Origin: Thermoproteota archaeon
Lineage (GTDB): Archaea > Korarchaeota > Korarchaeia > Korarchaeales > Korarchaeaceae
Direction of reading: 5' to 3'
NCBI GenBank assembly: GCA_027491735.1
Contig: JAOZGP010000009.1
Coordinates: forward strand, 1 to 33,887
DNA length: 33,887 nt
Of the stretch, positions 16,028-26,272 are shown in pieces. Made by a program: the position numbers and the translations under genes. Position 1 is the first letter of the stretch, and the number at the start of each line of letters is the position of its first letter. A model generated the notes under the pieces. It searched no databases and was not told where the DNA came from. It saw only the letters and a program-made list of their open reading frames with translations.

Positions 16028-19000
16028 GCTAAAAAAGGGATTCATCAGGTTTCTCAGGGAGTTTAAGGACGAGACAGGATCTAAAAAATATGAGGAGATG
16101 GTCTTAAGGCTTATAGATGAGAGAAGAAGATCTCTGGTAGTTGATTACAAGGACCTGTTCGCTGACCTGGACAGCCGTCCTATAGCAAAACATCTGCTGA
16201 AGAATCCCGAGGAGTGCATTGAAACAGGATCCTCCGCTTTAAAGGATCTGGTAAAGGAGTTGTCCTTGGACTACATCTCCGAGGACGCTGAAGCTTATCT
16301 GAGGAGACCCTTCCACCTGAGGTTCTGTAACCTCCCCGTGAGGATAAGCATCAGAGACATCCCGAAGTTCGCATTTGGCAAGTTCATTTCTCTGGAGGGA
16401 ATCATAACCAGAATCTCTGATGTCTATGATCGGTTGTATGAGGCCGTCTACTCGTGCTCAAGCTGTGGTGATGTCTTCGTTTTTCCTTTAACCGAGAGCG
16501 ATAAGGCTCCGAAGATGAGGGTTCAGTGTCCCAAGTGCAAGTCGCTCATGGAACTTGATGTCGAGAGAAGCGAGTTCATGAACTGGCAGTACATAAGAAT
16601 ACAGGAACGGCCGGAGGATCTGCCTCCAGGGGCCATGCCCAAGTACATAGACGCTGTGCTGTTGGACGACCTAGTTGATGAGGTGAAACCAGGAGACCGC
16701 GTCAAAGCCAGTGCCATAATAAGGATAAGACCGGGAAGAAGTTCTGACGTACTCTTCGGACCTCTCTTCAGGAGGTATCTAGAAATAAATTACATAGAGG
16801 CTTCTAGTAAAGCCTACGAGAAGGTTGAGATCTCCTCTGAGGATGAGACCAGGATCCGAGAGCTGTCCGAAGATCCCGATATAGAGAACAGGATAGTCAA
16901 GTCGATAGCTCCCTCCATCTACGGAGTCGACGTCGTAAAGAAGGCAATAGCCCTCACAATGTTTGGTGGAAATGAGAAGGTCCTGTCGGACGGAACCCGG
17001 GTCAGAGGAGAGATCAATCTTCTGCTGCTAGGAGATCCAGGTGTAGCTAAGTGCATCACAGGAGAAACCTTGGTGCTTTTGGATGGAAACTTCGTCCCTG
17101 TGAGTGAGGCGGTATCTCGGCTGGAACGTGATCGTAGTGCCGATTCCTTGAGGGATGGATTTGTTTGGAAGGCCTCCGTCGATATCAGATCTCTGGGAGA
17201 GGACTTGCGCATTAGGAAGATGAAGTCCAAGGCTGTAGCCAAAAGGAGGCATAGAGGAATCGTTCTCAAGATAGTCACGAGAAATGGTCTGGAGATAAGA
17301 GTGACTCCAACACACCCCCTCTTGACGCTGGGGGAGAAGGGACTCGGTTTTCTTGAATCTCGGGAGGTTCATCCCGGAACATTCATAGCCACCACTCGAA
17401 ACTGTGAGGGAGGAGGGAAGCCCATTCCAAAGGAGCTTGCTTCCCTCGTGGGGCTCCTCTATTACGCCACTTTCAAGAAGAGGAAGGAGAAAACACCGAT
17501 CGCCGAGGTGCGTGTGTGTAAGGAAAAGCTTGACGAGGTAAAACACCTACTTTCGAGGATAAAGGGGGTCAAGGTGAGATACATGTCCGAGGAAGGGAGG
17601 ATCTCCTTAGCCCTCAGCCAGGAAATGGTGAACCTCCTGGGAAGAGATTTCTACAAACTCATAAGGGAGAGACCCTCTCGTGATCTCCCCTCTTTGGAGA
17701 GGATTAACAGTAAAGAGATTGCTGAAGCATTGATAGAAAGCATGTTCTGTGTATATAATCGTAGAAAAGGTTCTAGGAGAACGATATTTGCTTTTAATCT
17801 GGCAAGTGCTCTCAAAATACGGATCTTACTCTTAGTCCTTGGATATCTGCCGAGGATTTCCAAGACAAGGAGGGGATTCAGGATCTGGCTCTCTCAAGAG
17901 AGAAGAGCCGGTAAAGATGTTATTCCCTGTGTAGGCCCAACCTTGATCAGGGTCTTGGATAGATATGGTATCGATCCAGATCTTCTTGGCATATCCAAGA
18001 GAAAGGTACGCTCCTACTCCAGAGGAGAAGCTCATGTTCCCAGAGATCTGCTTAGAAAAGCCATGGAACTAGTTCCTGATGCTGATGATGTAGAGGTCTC
18101 ATTTCTTAAGACTTTGTCGAACTCTGACATCCTCTGGGAGGAGGTAATTGGGATTGAGCAGGAGGCGTTTGACGGTTGGGTCTATGATATAGAGGTGCCG
18201 GGGTCTCACAACTTCGTAGCTAACGGGCTGATAGTCCACAATAGCCAGCTTCTCAAATACGTTGCTCAGGTCGCACCAAGAGGGCTCTACACTACGGGAA
18301 AAGGATCTACCGCTGCGGGATTGACGGCTGCTGTAGTCAGAGATGCCAGTACTGGAGGATGGACCCTCGAAGCGGGGGCTTTAGTATTAGCGGATAAAGG
18401 AATAGCCTGCATAGATGAGTTTGACAAGATGAGTGAGGAGGACAGAAAGGCCATTCACGAAGCCATGGAACAGCAGACGATATCTATAGCCAAAGCAGGC
18501 ATAGTGGCTACACTAAACGCCAGGACTACGATAATAGCAGCAGCCAATCCTAAAAAAGGTAGGTACGATCCCTTCAGCAGTGTGGCTGATAACATAAACC
18601 TTTCCCCAACGATCCTATCTAGATTTGACCTGATATACCTCATAAGAGATCGTCCTGAGGAGGAAAACGATAGAAAAATAGCTTCACATATAATAGAGAC
18701 GAGAAGGGGTTATAATCCCGAAGCTGAGCCTGAGATACCTCCAGATCTCCTGAGAAAGTACATAGCTTATGCAAGACAGAGGATCAAGCCTGTTCTCACT
18801 AGAGAAGCGGCTGATGAGATAAGAAAGTTTTATGTGGAGATGAGGAGGCTAAGTCGAGAGAAAGAGGAAGAGAGTGAGGCTCCTGAGCTAGCTCCGATAC
18901 CGATCACTCCAAGACAGCTAGAGGCACTGATTAGGTTAAGCGAGGCCAGAGCACGGCTACACCTCAGGGAAGAGGTTCTCGTCGAGGATGCCAAAGTTGC

Positions 19001-19331
19001 TGTGGAACTGATGAGAAGCATGCTCCAGGACGTTGGATATGACATCACCACAGGGACGTATGATATCTCCGCTCTGATGACTGGAACCTTCGTGTCCGCC
19101 AGCAGGAGGAGAGAGGCTATAGTTAGGATACTGGCCGAGCTTGAGAAGAAGTACAGATCTGAGGAGGGGGTTCCCAGAAGCGAGCTGATAGCGGAAACGG
19201 CGAAACGATTGGGCTATATAGGTAAGGAGATTGTAATAGATAGAGATATATCTTCCCTCGTCTCTGAGGGAAGGATGTATAGACCTAAAGAGGGATATGT
19301 CAAGCTCGTTCCGAGAGGAACGGAGGAGTAG
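16002..19331 (+). CDS. mcm: Replicative helicase MCM (contains one intein)
   Basis: CSSC/CPKC zinc finger, IQERPE, SIAPSIYG, Walker A GDPGVAK|SQ, AAGLTAAV, IDEFDKM, AAANP, SRFD and TPRQLEALIRL. Start is one of ATG 15999/16002/16005. Confidence 0.97.
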   Translation: MMSSLSRDELKKGFIRFLREFKDETGSKKYEEMVLRLIDERRRSLVVDYKDLFADLDSRPIAKHLLKNPEECIETGSSALKDLVKELSLDYISEDAEAYLRRPFHLRFCNLPVRISIRDIPKFAFGKFISLEGIITRISDVYDRLYEAVYSCSSCGDVFVFPLTESDKAPKMRVQCPKCKSLMELDVERSEFMNWQYIRIQERPEDLPPGAMPKYIDAVLLDDLVDEVKPGDRVKASAIIRIRPGRSSDVLFGPLFRRYLEINYIEASSKAYEKVEISSEDETRIRELSEDPDIENRIVKSIAPSIYGVDVVKKAIALTMFGGNEKVLSDGTRVRGEINLLLLGDPGVAKCITGETLVLLDGNFVPVSEAVSRLERDRSADSLRDGFVWKASVDIRSLGEDLRIRKMKSKAVAKRRHRGIVLKIVTRNGLEIRVTPTHPLLTLGEKGLGFLESREVHPGTFIATTRNCEGGGKPIPKELASLVGLLYYATFKKRKEKTPIAEVRVCKEKLDEVKHLLSRIKGVKVRYMSEEGRISLALSQEMVNLLGRDFYKLIRERPSRDLPSLERINSKEIAEALIESMFCVYNRRKGSRRTIFAFNLASALKIRILLLVLGYLPRISKTRRGFRIWLSQERRAGKDVIPCVGPTLIRVLDRYGIDPDLLGISKRKVRSYSRGEAHVPRDLLRKAMELVPDADDVEVSFLKTLSNSDILWEEVIGIEQEAFDGWVYDIEVPGSHNFVANGLIVHNSQLLKYVAQVAPRGLYTTGKGSTAAGLTAAVVRDASTGGWTLEAGALVLADKGIACIDEFDKMSEEDRKAIHEAMEQQTISIAKAGIVATLNARTTIIAAANPKKGRYDPFSSVADNINLSPTILSRFDLIYLIRDRPEEENDRKIASHIIETRRGYNPEAEPEIPPDLLRKYIAYARQRIKPVLTREAADEIRKFYVEMRRLSREKEEESEAPELAPIPITPRQLEALIRLSEARARLHLREEVLVEDAKVAVELMRSMLQDVGYDITTGTYDISALMTGTFVSASRRREAIVRILAELEKKYRSEEGVPRSELIAETAKRLGYIGKEIVIDRDISSLVSEGRMYRPKEGYVKLVPRGTEE
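17052..18242 (+). mobile_element. Intein (397 aa) in MCM Walker A, with degenerate LAGLIDADG-type region
   Basis: Begins CITGET after GDPGVAK. Block B VTPTHPL, block F VYDIEVP..HNFVANG, ends VHN followed by S(+1)QLLKY. Confidence 0.95.
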
Positions 19332-19333
19332 AT

Positions 19334-21481
19334 GTGCGATCTTCCACCGCCAACTTTGATTTTGACGACCTTACATCGGAGGCTCTGATTAAATGGGGCA
19401 TATCAGAGCTATATCCTCCGCAGAAAGAGGTTATATCCAGAGGACTACATCTCGATGGAAACTTCCTTCTAGCATCAGCTACGGCATCTGGTAAGACTTT
19501 AGTTGCTGAGCTAGCTATGCTAAAGGAGGTTCTGGAAGGAAAAAAGGCAATTTACATTGCTCCACTCAGAGCAGTGGCTTCAGAGAAGTTTAAAGAGATA
19601 GAATACCATTTAGGAGCATTTGGATGTAAAGTTAGGTTATCCATAGGCGATTACGACTCATCAGAGGAGCCTCTAGCCAGGTACGACGTGATAGTCACCA
19701 CCTACGAGAAGTTCGACTCCATCCTAAGGCACGCACCAAGCTGGCTTGGGAAGGTGGGGGCAGCCGTGTTTGATGAAATACACTACCTCGATGACCCGGA
19801 GAGAGGCCCCACGGTGGAGATGACGGCGGTGAAGTTCATGGATCGAGTGCCAAACGCTAGGAGGATCGCACTGAGCGCTACCGTCACAAATGCGGATGAG
19901 ATAGGTTCTTGGCTGGATGCTATAACAATAAAATCCTCGTGGCGACCGGTTCCCCTCAGATTAGGTGTTTACTTCAACGAGAAGATTTACTTTTGCTCTG
20001 GAGACGTGATCGAAACTCCTCACATGGGAGATTGTGTGATTGACGTATTTGATACTGATGTGTTGAATGGACAGATGATAGTCTTCTGTAACCGGAGAAG
20101 AAGGGCCGTGGCTTTAGCTAACAGGTTAGCCAAGAGATTTAACTTTTCACGATATGAGAAGCTGCGCGAGATAGCGGAGAGGCTGAGGAGGATTGAACCT
20201 CAGTCCCCCACTGTTGAAAAGCTCTCTAAGGTATTAACAAAGGGTGTGGCATTTCATCACGCTGGGCTTTCTAATGATGTCAGGTGGATCATAGAACGGT
20301 TGTTCAAGGAGAGGTTAGTGAGTATCCTCGTGGCAACACCCACTCTGGCAGCAGGCGTCAACCTTCCAGCCAAAACAGTCATAGTCCGCGATATGAGAAG
20401 ATACTCCTCCCGCACTGGAAGAATGGAGTATCTATCGGTATCGGAGGTTAAGCAGATGTTAGGCAGAGCTGGCAGGCCTCTTTTTGATAAAATAGGCTAT
20501 GGAATAGTGGTTGCTAGATCTGAGGAGGAAAGAGATTTCTTTCTGGAAAGGTACCTTGAGGGAGATCCGGAGCCCATAACCTCCAAGCTAAACAATCCGG
20601 ATAAGCTCAGATCTCAGGTCCTCTCCCTAATTTGTCTCAAAGCTCCTTGCTCACCTGGAGATATAGAAGATTCGTTTCGAAGAACTCTGTTCTTCAGGCA
20701 GAGAAGGGGGTCTCTGAGAGGACCTCTTAGGAACACTCTCAACTTCTTAGTAGAGAACGGATTCATTAGCGATGGTGATCTGCTTCAAGCAACTAAGATC
20801 GGAAGGAGGGTCTCCGAGCTCTACATAGATCCATATTCATCTGCGATTATGTTAAGGAGCTCCAATCTGCTCAGGAGAAGAAGAAGAGGTCTGACTGGGG
20901 TTGCATGCTTCATAACAGCTCTTACTCCAGATATGCCCAAACTCAGCGTCAGCAGTAGAGATAAAAGCCTTCTTGAGGAGACGGCAGAGGACCTCCTCGG
21001 TGTGTTAGATGAGATGGATCTAATTGGCGATTTAAGTTGGGATACCATCTATGGTGCTCTAAAGTCGACAATGGTCCTCAAAAGCTGGGTTGATGAGGTT
21101 CCGGAGGGTATAATAGAGAAAGAGCTGGGCGTTGAGTCAGGAGATATCCACAGAATAGTTGAATCCGCTTCTTGGTTGTTATACGCTTTTGCTGAGATCC
21201 TGCGAATCAAGGGCGAGGATGATCTCTGCGATGATCTGCGGCTTGCCTCGCTCAGAGTCAGGCACGGAGTTAGGGAAGAGCTCCTCGATCTAGTCAGGAT
21301 CACTGAGGTTGGGAGGATCAGGGCTCGCGTGCTCTTCAATGCGGGATATAGGAGCGTTTCAGATATATCTGAAGCTAGACCGGAGGATATAGCCCAGCTA
21401 AGTGGTTTCGGCATTCAGTTAGCGAAAAAAATTATAGAGAACGCCAAGAAGATTCTCAGAAGATGCCAGTTCATCCCATAG
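19334..21481 (+). CDS. hel308: Hel308/Hjm SF2 DNA helicase
   Basis: LYPPQ, ATASGKT, DEIH, ALSAT, FHHAGL, TLAAGVNLPA, QMLGRAGRP and C-terminal RIRARVLFNAG/HhH. Confidence 0.94.
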   Translation: MRSSTANFDFDDLTSEALIKWGISELYPPQKEVISRGLHLDGNFLLASATASGKTLVAELAMLKEVLEGKKAIYIAPLRAVASEKFKEIEYHLGAFGCKVRLSIGDYDSSEEPLARYDVIVTTYEKFDSILRHAPSWLGKVGAAVFDEIHYLDDPERGPTVEMTAVKFMDRVPNARRIALSATVTNADEIGSWLDAITIKSSWRPVPLRLGVYFNEKIYFCSGDVIETPHMGDCVIDVFDTDVLNGQMIVFCNRRRRAVALANRLAKRFNFSRYEKLREIAERLRRIEPQSPTVEKLSKVLTKGVAFHHAGLSNDVRWIIERLFKERLVSILVATPTLAAGVNLPAKTVIVRDMRRYSSRTGRMEYLSVSEVKQMLGRAGRPLFDKIGYGIVVARSEEERDFFLERYLEGDPEPITSKLNNPDKLRSQVLSLICLKAPCSPGDIEDSFRRTLFFRQRRGSLRGPLRNTLNFLVENGFISDGDLLQATKIGRRVSELYIDPYSSAIMLRSSNLLRRRRRGLTGVACFITALTPDMPKLSVSSRDKSLLEETAEDLLGVLDEMDLIGDLSWDTIYGALKSTMVLKSWVDEVPEGIIEKELGVESGDIHRIVESASWLLYAFAEILRIKGEDDLCDDLRLASLRVRHGVREELLDLVRITEVGRIRARVLFNAGYRSVSDISEARPEDIAQLSGFGIQLAKKIIENAKKILRRCQFIP

Positions 21482-22827
21482 AGTATAGGTACGGCAGCGA
21501 AGAGATGAGGAGTATCTTTGATTATAGGAGGAGAATAAGACTTATGGCTAAGATCGAGGCTGAGCTAGCTAAAGTCGAGGCAGATCTCGGTGTAATACCG
21601 CGAGAAGCCGCTGATTCTATCGCTAAAGCTGCAGAGCAGGTGGATTGGGAGGACGTTTTACGATGGGAGAGGGTGACGAGACATGAGACCATGGCCCTCG
21701 TCAAGGCCATAGCAGAGAAGGCGGGGAAACATGGAGAGTACGTCCACCTCGGAGCCACATCCAACGATATACTTGATACTGCCACGGCTATTCAGGTCTC
21801 AGAGGCCTCCGAGATCTTGAAGAAAAAGCTCATCTCGCTGACTCGGGTGATGATCCAGAGGGGAAGGGAGAGCCTTGAGTACATAGCTCCGGCTAGAACT
21901 CATGGTATGATCGCTATTCCAATTCCTTTTGGCTTCAAATTCGCTGTATGGGTTTCCATGATGAGAAGGAATATTGAGAGGTTCATCCAAGCGTCTAAAG
22001 ATGCATCCAAAGGTAAGTTAAGTGGTGCTGTGGGAACCATGGCGGCGCTTGGGGAGATAGGCCCGGAAGTTCAGCGCCGACTGATGCATTCATTAAAAAT
22101 AGGGGAAGCGGAGATCTCCACTCAGGTAGTTCCCAGAGATGGACTAGCCTATCTCATCGAGGTTATGGCGTTAATATCTTCCTGCCTTGATCTGATTGCC
22201 AATGAAATAAGGAACCTGCACAGATCTGAGATCGGGGAAGTTGTAGAGCCTTTCAACGTAAAGGATCAGACAGGGTCCAGCACCATGCCCCATAAGATAA
22301 ATCCGATAAACAGCGAAAAAGTCTGTGGATTAGCGAGAATAATGAGAGGGCTTGTGATCCCCTCACTGGAAAATGTGGTTTTGGAGCATGAGAGAGACCT
22401 CACAAACAGCTCAGTCGAGAGGGTGGTCATACCTGAGGCTTTTTTAATTTTAGACGAACAGCTGAAGGCTCTCTCCTTCGTCATGAAGAACCTCGCGCTG
22501 AGGCCGGATGCCATGAGATCGAACATAGAGAAGACGAGAGGCTTGATAATGGCGGAGAGATTGATGATGGTACTCGCCAGGAAGGGATTCGGGCGACAGA
22601 ATGCTCATGAGATCGTCAGACGATTATCTCTGAAAGCTATGAGGGAGAGGAAACATCTAAAGGAGGAAGCTCTTTCGGATGAGGTCGTCTCCAGAAACCT
22701 ATCAAGAGAGGAGTTAGATGAGATATTCGATCCTGCGACCTATGTGATCACAGGAAAAAGGATCGCTCTTTCTGTATTTGACTCTGTAGAGAAATTCCTC
22801 GATTCATTGGAGGGAGAGAGCACATGA
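21463..22827 (+). CDS. purB: Adenylosuccinate lyase
   Basis: TRHE, HLGATSNDI, RTHG, SGAVGT, GSSTMPHKINP and HERDLTNS. Confidence 0.96.
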   Translation: MPVHPIEYRYGSEEMRSIFDYRRRIRLMAKIEAELAKVEADLGVIPREAADSIAKAAEQVDWEDVLRWERVTRHETMALVKAIAEKAGKHGEYVHLGATSNDILDTATAIQVSEASEILKKKLISLTRVMIQRGRESLEYIAPARTHGMIAIPIPFGFKFAVWVSMMRRNIERFIQASKDASKGKLSGAVGTMAALGEIGPEVQRRLMHSLKIGEAEISTQVVPRDGLAYLIEVMALISSCLDLIANEIRNLHRSEIGEVVEPFNVKDQTGSSTMPHKINPINSEKVCGLARIMRGLVIPSLENVVLEHERDLTNSSVERVVIPEAFLILDEQLKALSFVMKNLALRPDAMRSNIEKTRGLIMAERLMMVLARKGFGRQNAHEIVRRLSLKAMRERKHLKEEALSDEVVSRNLSREELDEIFDPATYVITGKRIALSVFDSVEKFLDSLEGEST

Positions 22828-24128
22828 GAGTGAGGTTTCTTGGAGGAGCTAGAGAGATCGGTAGATCCTGCATGGAGGTCGAATCCTCATCCACCAGGAT
22901 CTTGATGGATGCTGGGATCAATCTAGGTCAGGGTGACAGATATCCTCTGGATCCCAGCGGTCCTGTTGATGCGCTTTTGATAACCCACGCACATCTAGAT
23001 CACTCCGGATATTCTCCCAAGATAGTCAAGGACCACGATTGCCCAATTTTTTCTCTTCCACCCACAAGAGATTTGTCGGAGATCTTGCTCCTGGACTTCC
23101 TCAATCTAACCCCTCCAGAGGAGAGAGTTTTCTCTCATGAGAACGTAATGTATCTGAAGAGAAAGGAGCGTCTCGTGGACTACGATGCAGCTTTTATAGT
23201 AAAAAATTTAGAATTTCAATTTTTTAATGCTGGACATGTCCTGGGAAGCGCGATGATATACATGAGGGGGGAGGATAAATCCTTGCTCTACACGGGAGAT
23301 CTCAACATAGTAAACACGAGAACGATAAGAGGAGCTAAAATGGACCTACCGAAGGTCAACTACCTCGTAATAGAGTCCACTTATGGGGGAAATCAGGACA
23401 TACATCCAGCGAGGAAGAGAGTTGAGAAGAGGTTCATCTCGGATATAGCCCAGACCATTGAATGTGGGGGAAAGGTCTTGGTTCCCTGCTTCGCTTTAGG
23501 AAGGGCGCAAGAAGTCCTACTCACAATAATAGACTACATGGATTCAGGTGTTCTGCCTAAGACTCCAACATTCATAGATGGCATGATAAGGGAGGTCAAC
23601 AAAATATACGCCATTCACTGGTTTTGGCTCAGACCGGAGCTGAGAAATAAGATAAGAACCTTAAGGAAAAGTCCATTTGAGCACCCATATCTGGATGAAG
23701 TGAAGAGTCGAGAGGAGATAGTCGACATAAACGAGCCCTACATAATAGTCACAACATCGGGAATGCTTCAAGGAGGTCCTGTCCTGGAGTACCTCAAGCA
23801 TTTAGGCACAGAAGAAGGTAATTTAATCTACTTGACTGGGTATCAAGTCAGAGGAACTATCGGAAGGGACCTCCTAGAAGGAAGAAGGGAGATAAGCCTC
23901 CAAGATACCGGAGAGATTCTTGAGATAAAAGCTGAGGTAAAGTTTGCCGATTTCTCTGCTCACGCCGATCAGGTAGGTCTGATGAACTTCATATCGAGGA
24001 TGAAGGGGCTAGAAGAAGTGATCTTAGTTCATGGAGAGCCTGACAAGATGAACGATCTTCGAAGGAAACTTGAATCCAGGGGCTTCAACGTGTACATACC
24101 TTCTGTAGGGGAGACGATCCTCCTATAA
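22824..24128 (+). CDS. beta-CASP metallo-beta-lactamase ribonuclease lacking KH domains (aCPSF2-like)
   Basis: LGGAREIGRS, THAHLDH, AGHVLGS, YTGD, ESTYG, SAHAD and VHGE. Confidence 0.9.
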   Translation: MRVRFLGGAREIGRSCMEVESSSTRILMDAGINLGQGDRYPLDPSGPVDALLITHAHLDHSGYSPKIVKDHDCPIFSLPPTRDLSEILLLDFLNLTPPEERVFSHENVMYLKRKERLVDYDAAFIVKNLEFQFFNAGHVLGSAMIYMRGEDKSLLYTGDLNIVNTRTIRGAKMDLPKVNYLVIESTYGGNQDIHPARKRVEKRFISDIAQTIECGGKVLVPCFALGRAQEVLLTIIDYMDSGVLPKTPTFIDGMIREVNKIYAIHWFWLRPELRNKIRTLRKSPFEHPYLDEVKSREEIVDINEPYIIVTTSGMLQGGPVLEYLKHLGTEEGNLIYLTGYQVRGTIGRDLLEGRREISLQDTGEILEIKAEVKFADFSAHADQVGLMNFISRMKGLEEVILVHGEPDKMNDLRRKLESRGFNVYIPSVGETILL

Positions 24129-24247
24129 GAAGGAAGGAGCATTAATTGCTTATTATAATCGAGTGACCTTCTTTATTACCTTTGAAGTTTGATAGGAGCA
24201 TGGTTAGAAGCATGGCCGCGGTCATGCAGATGAAAATGAGGGAGTCC

Positions 24248-24874
24248 ATGCTCAGGAAGGTATTAAACAAGATCTTGAGCCTCTTCCGCAAGAAGAGGAA
24301 GATAGTTCTTGGAATTTATGGTCCAGTAAACTCAGGAAAAACCACCCTAGCGAACAGGATATCGAGAGACTTTCTAGGGGCGGAGCTTGGAAAAGTTAGC
24401 AGGATTCCTCACGAGACCAGAAAGCTCCAGCACATTGAGAACATAAAGTTAGCCATCCCTGGAAAGGGTGAGTTGCTTCTAGATGTGATAGATACCCCGG
24501 GAATAGCGACCCACGTTAGTTACAGGACGTTTCTTCGTTACGGGCTCAAGAAGGAGGAGGCCATGACCAGAGCTAAAGAGGCTGCCCTCGGAGTGATAGA
24601 GGCAATAAAGTCGCTGGATAGAGTTGATGTGGCTCTTCTGGTGCTGGACTCCACGAAGGACCCCACATCTCAGGTAAACTTCATAATAGCCGGTAACTTG
24701 AGATACCGTAATATACCTTACATAATAGTCGCCAACAAGATAGATCTCCCGTACTCCAAGCCGAAAACTGTCATGAAGGCTTTCTCTGGAGAGGAGGTGG
24801 TGCCGATATCCGCCCTCACCGGAGAGAACATCGAGGAGTTATATATGAGAATTTATGAGGTGGCTGTAGGGTGA
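24248..24874 (+). CDS. oapA: Archaeal Era-like GTPase (OapA-like)
   Basis: GIYGPVNSGKTTLANRI, IPHETR, DTPGIAT, RAKEA and NKID. Followed by OapB- and OapC-like genes. Start ATG 24248 likely (track 24182). Confidence 0.85.
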   Translation: MLRKVLNKILSLFRKKRKIVLGIYGPVNSGKTTLANRISRDFLGAELGKVSRIPHETRKLQHIENIKLAIPGKGELLLDVIDTPGIATHVSYRTFLRYGLKKEEAMTRAKEAALGVIEAIKSLDRVDVALLVLDSTKDPTSQVNFIIAGNLRYRNIPYIIVANKIDLPYSKPKTVMKAFSGEEVVPISALTGENIEELYMRIYEVAVG

Positions 24875-25158
24875 GAATTAGCCTTTTCTACCAGGTAAGA
24901 AATAACGATGACCTGAAGAGAATTCTCTCGCGGGCGAGATCGGATGGTTTTGTCCTGTTGAGTAAGATAACTCCGCCACAGGTCGCTGATCTCATGGAAA
25001 TTATGTTACAAGAGGCTAGTGTAGATGGGATAATGGATCTAGAACTTGAATCTCTGAGCCCTGAGGGGCCTGTGATCATATGGTCAAAGAAGCTCGTCAG
25101 GATTGATAAGAGCAAGAGAAGGAGGGAGATCGTGGTATCCTCGTTGAAAGAAGGGTGA
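24871..25158 (+). CDS. oapB: DUF2073 / OapB-like protein
   Basis: ITPPQVADLMEIMLQEASVDGIMDLELES resembles the DUF2073 core. GTGA overlap with oapA. Conserved gene order. Confidence 0.65.
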   Translation: MRISLFYQVRNNDDLKRILSRARSDGFVLLSKITPPQVADLMEIMLQEASVDGIMDLELESLSPEGPVIIWSKKLVRIDKSKRRREIVVSSLKEG

Positions 25159-25490
25159 TTTCCGTGGGATTTGCTGTCATGATCTTCTGTCCTGGATGCA
25201 GGTTCAGCAAGATTGTCCGAGGACAAGATGACCTGATTGATCAGTGCCCTGTTTGTGGAAACCCTAAGATAGAGTACGTTGCTTTTTGGAGGGTAATGCC
25301 AATCAAAGAGGAAGACCCTGAGAGGACCCTCGAAGATAAGCATTCCAGAGAGGAGGAAGAGGAGTTCGGGAATAAGCCAGTCATACGGCTTACAAAGGAA
25401 GGAACCTGGGAGATCCCCCTCAAGGAGCTCATGAAGATAGGAGCAGCTGTAATTAAAGAAGACGAGGGAGAGTTCTCAATAGTCTGTTAA
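25155..25490 (+). CDS. oapC: Zn-ribbon protein (DUF2072 / OapC-like)
   Basis: CPGC...CPVCG zinc ribbon, acidic linker, IRLTKEGTWEI C-terminal motif. Confidence 0.72.
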   Translation: MISVGFAVMIFCPGCRFSKIVRGQDDLIDQCPVCGNPKIEYVAFWRVMPIKEEDPERTLEDKHSREEEEEFGNKPVIRLTKEGTWEIPLKELMKIGAAVIKEDEGEFSIVC

Positions 25491-26243
25491 TATCTTTCTG
25501 GTAAAGATAACGAAACCTGTGTGTCCCACCATTCGAGTAGCTGGACGCGTCCTTTCCTCACTGTACTCTATCTGCCTGATTAAGATCTCATGAATTTCGG
25601 GATCAGAAAAACCGCTTTTTTTCATAGTCATGCACGTCCTCCTGATCTGTTCATACGATGGAACGAATATCGTGAGGACCGCTCCCGGCCTCATGGCCTC
25701 ATGAACCGCTTTGAGAGCATTCCAAGGATCTGGGATATCTAAAAAAGCTGCATCGACATCTCTCTCGTCAACTCTATGTCTTACATCCCCACGATGGAAG
25801 ATCACGTTACCAAGGCCGAACCTATTCACGTTCCTCCTAGCTACCTTAAGAAACCTCTCCTCTTTTTCATAGCTATAGACTGTTCCTCTAGGACCTACAG
25901 CCCTGGAAAGAGCTATCGTCAACGAACCAGATCCAGAACCTGCCTCTAGAACCCTAGATCCTGGCAGGATTCCTGACTTTATTATGATGAACCCTGCATC
26001 TTTTGGGTATATTATTTGAGTTCTGCGGCCCAGCTTCTCCATTATATCGGCCGTAGTGGGTTTGAACACCAGGACTTCTGAACCCATATTGGTCTTAGCT
26101 ACCGTTCCCCAGGGCTTCCCTATGATGTCGTCGTATCTTATGTATCCCTTATGTGTGTGAAAAGTCCCTCCTCCCTTCACTGTAACCAAGAACTTCTTGC
26201 CTCCCATCACCAAGAGCGCTACATCTCCGGGCTCTATGCTCAT
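25476..26243 (-). CDS. trmI: tRNA (adenine-N1)-methyltransferase TrmI
   Basis: FHTHKG, RRTQIIYPKD, EAGSGSG, LDIPDPW, TRP and GHTGF. Confidence 0.95.
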   Translation of the reverse strand: MSIEPGDVALLVMGGKKFLVTVKGGGTFHTHKGYIRYDDIIGKPWGTVAKTNMGSEVLVFKPTTADIMEKLGRRTQIIYPKDAGFIIIKSGILPGSRVLEAGSGSGSLTIALSRAVGPRGTVYSYEKEERFLKVARRNVNRFGLGNVIFHRGDVRHRVDERDVDAAFLDIPDPWNALKAVHEAMRPGAVLTIFVPSYEQIRRTCMTMKKSGFSDPEIHEILIRQIEYSEERTRPATRMVGHTGFVIFTRKILTDY

Positions 26244-26272
26244 GTCGAGGACCTGAAGAAGAAGTTGAGTTC

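Noticed and set aside
24129-24247. Possible replication origin upstream of oapA (AT-rich, small palindrome AGCA-TTAAT-TGCT, AGCATGG twice)
   Set aside because: Short, with no ORB or G-string repeats and no cdc6 nearby. It is explained as a promoter region.
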